Source: an uncultured Prochlorococcus sp. (GTDB lineage Bacteria > Cyanobacteriota > Cyanobacteriia > PCC-6307 > Cyanobiaceae). From it: a DNA stretch of 64,000 bases. Below, one piece after another: positions 62,756 to 64,000 of this stretch (position 1 is its first letter; every line of letters begins with the position of its first letter). The position numbers and the translations under genes were made by a program. The stretch lies in assembly GCA_902525075.1 (NCBI GenBank), contig CABZFV010000003.1, positions 23,055 through 87,054 on the forward strand, written 5' to 3'. The notes under the pieces are model-generated. The model was given only the letters and a program-made list of their open reading frames with translations. It was not told the origin of the DNA and did not search any database.

Positions 62756-63757
62756 CTATTCATAAAAAGATTCAAAAAAAATTGTTTTAATTGGTTTCTT
62801 ACTAAAATAATCATATAAAACAAATAAACTTAGAAGTACTATTGTGCTTAATAATAAAAAAATAAAACCGCTTGCATTTCCTGCAGAGACATATTCGTTT
62901 CTATTAATGCTAGGTATGATGCTGATTAGTAAAGTTAATATAGAGAACATGCAGTTGATTAATGAAGATATTAGAAATAGAGATCCTAAATTTAGTTTAT
63001 AAATATACTTAAATAATATTCTTTTTAATAATGATTTAAACCAAAATACCAAAAGTGGGTAAATCATTGTGTGACTTTTCATAGAACTAGTCCACTCTTT
63101 TCCATAAATAGTTTCCATTGGGAATTCATGAATATTTATTCCAATATTGCTACAAGCTCTAAGTACACTAGATTCAAAAAGAAATCTATCTTCGAACTTA
63201 TTATTTATTTTTTTGGATAATAAATATTTAAGTGTTATTTTATTCATGGAGATAAACCCATTAGCAATATCTGTAAGGCCTTTATAAGAAAGTGCAGCTC
63301 TAGCAATTGGTTCGAGGCAAAAAGAACCAATTCTTCTCATTATTGGAATATTTGTATTACTTGAGATAAAAGAAAATCTGCTTCCTTTAACAAGGAATAA
63401 TTCATATTTTTTAGTCGTTAATAAATATGGAATTAGCTCTTTTAAGTACTTTGCTGGATGCTGTCCATCGGCATCCATTTTTATAAAAAAATCACTTTCT
63501 TCATTTAGGGCCTCTCTCAATCCAACAATAGTGGATGCACCCACTCCGATATTTTTGTGATTTTTTATAATTCTAATATTTTTCTGAATTGAAATTTCAT
63601 TGAAGCTTTTATAAGGACAGCAATCATCAATAATTAAAATTTTTAGTATACAGATATTTTTTAATTCCTTTGATAAGTAATAAAGTTCTTCTACAAATAT
63701 CCCTAATTTACCTTTAGATTTAAAGCTAGGTATAATGATAGAAATTTTTGGTTGCAT
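62756..63757 (-). CDS. GT2 polyprenyl-phosphate glycosyltransferase-like, with C-terminal TMs
   Basis: IDDCCP, N.GVG, MDADGQH, KGSRF, D..NG, two C-terminal TMs. Confidence 0.83.
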   Translation of the reverse strand: MQPKISIIIPSFKSKGKLGIFVEELYYLSKELKNICILKILIIDDCCPYKSFNEISIQKNIRIIKNHKNIGVGASTIVGLREALNEESDFFIKMDADGQHPAKYLKELIPYLLTTKKYELFLVKGSRFSFISSNTNIPIMRRIGSFCLEPIARAALSYKGLTDIANGFISMNKITLKYLLSKKINNKFEDRFLFESSVLRACSNIGINIHEFPMETIYGKEWTSSMKSHTMIYPLLVFWFKSLLKRILFKYIYKLNLGSLFLISSLINCMFSILTLLISIIPSINRNEYVSAGNASGFIFLLLSTIVLLSLFVLYDYFSKKPIKTIFFESFYE

Positions 63758-63793
63758 AGTTATTTAAATGCGAAAAATAAATTCTTAGATTTA

Positions 63794-64000
63794 TTATTTA
63801 TTATCAGATCCATCGCCAATTTTCCATAGAAGTAAACCGTTATTAATTATATCTTTTGCACTAAGTTTTGATCTGGAATCAAAAACCCATGAAGGTTTTC
63901 TCATTTTTTTTGAAATAATATTCCAATCAATTTTAGAATATTCAGCCCATTCTGTAAGTAAAACTATTGCATCAGAATTTTCGGCGGATTTATAAATATT
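63794..64000 (-). CDS. ugd: UDP-glucose 6-dehydrogenase, C-terminal part (runs off window end)
   Basis: Hand translation ...SDAIVLLTEWAEY..IDW...MRKPSWVFDSR...LWKIGDG..*. Confidence 0.85.
   Translation of the reverse strand, partial: NIYKSAENSDAIVLLTEWAEYSKIDWNIISKKMRKPSWVFDSRSKLSAKDIINNGLLLWKIGDGSDNK

Larger units (their letters stand above)
20288..64000. other. Cell-surface polysaccharide/LPS genomic island associated with tRNA-Ala (continues beyond window)
   Basis: Abrupt switch from core genes to glycan genes, very AT-rich ORFs, pseudogenes and duplications; no integrase in the window. Confidence 0.88.

Overview
AT-rich picocyanobacterial DNA whose gene order and protein sequences fit a high-light Prochlorococcus (my inference). 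Bases 1-20.2 kb are core genome (phoH, yccA, era, trmD, ispF, larB, thiS/thiE, ribF, surE, pheS, nadK, cbiET, ribD, ftsH, argF, lexA). A small cassette (sulfotransferase plus two Fluc/CrcB genes) is inserted between trmD and ispF. From about 20.3 kb to the end is a cell-surface polysaccharide island around tRNA-Ala(GGC), carrying wza and wzc-like genes, five sugar-type methyltransferases, a sulfotransferase, glycosyltransferases, rfbACDB, galE, gmd/fcl and ugd. The most notable items are: (i) a tightly packed operon NeuB - radical SAM/SPASM - divergent NeuB - cytidylyltransferase - GT2 - ABC exporter - MTA/SAH nucleosidase; (ii) two Rieske-less CMAH-like metallo-beta-lactamase-fold proteins; (iii) a duplicated cupin-apt module with reciprocal damage; (iv) integrase-arm-like CTGCGACCA repeat pairs next to the tRNA. 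All calls come from reading motifs by eye; no searches were run.
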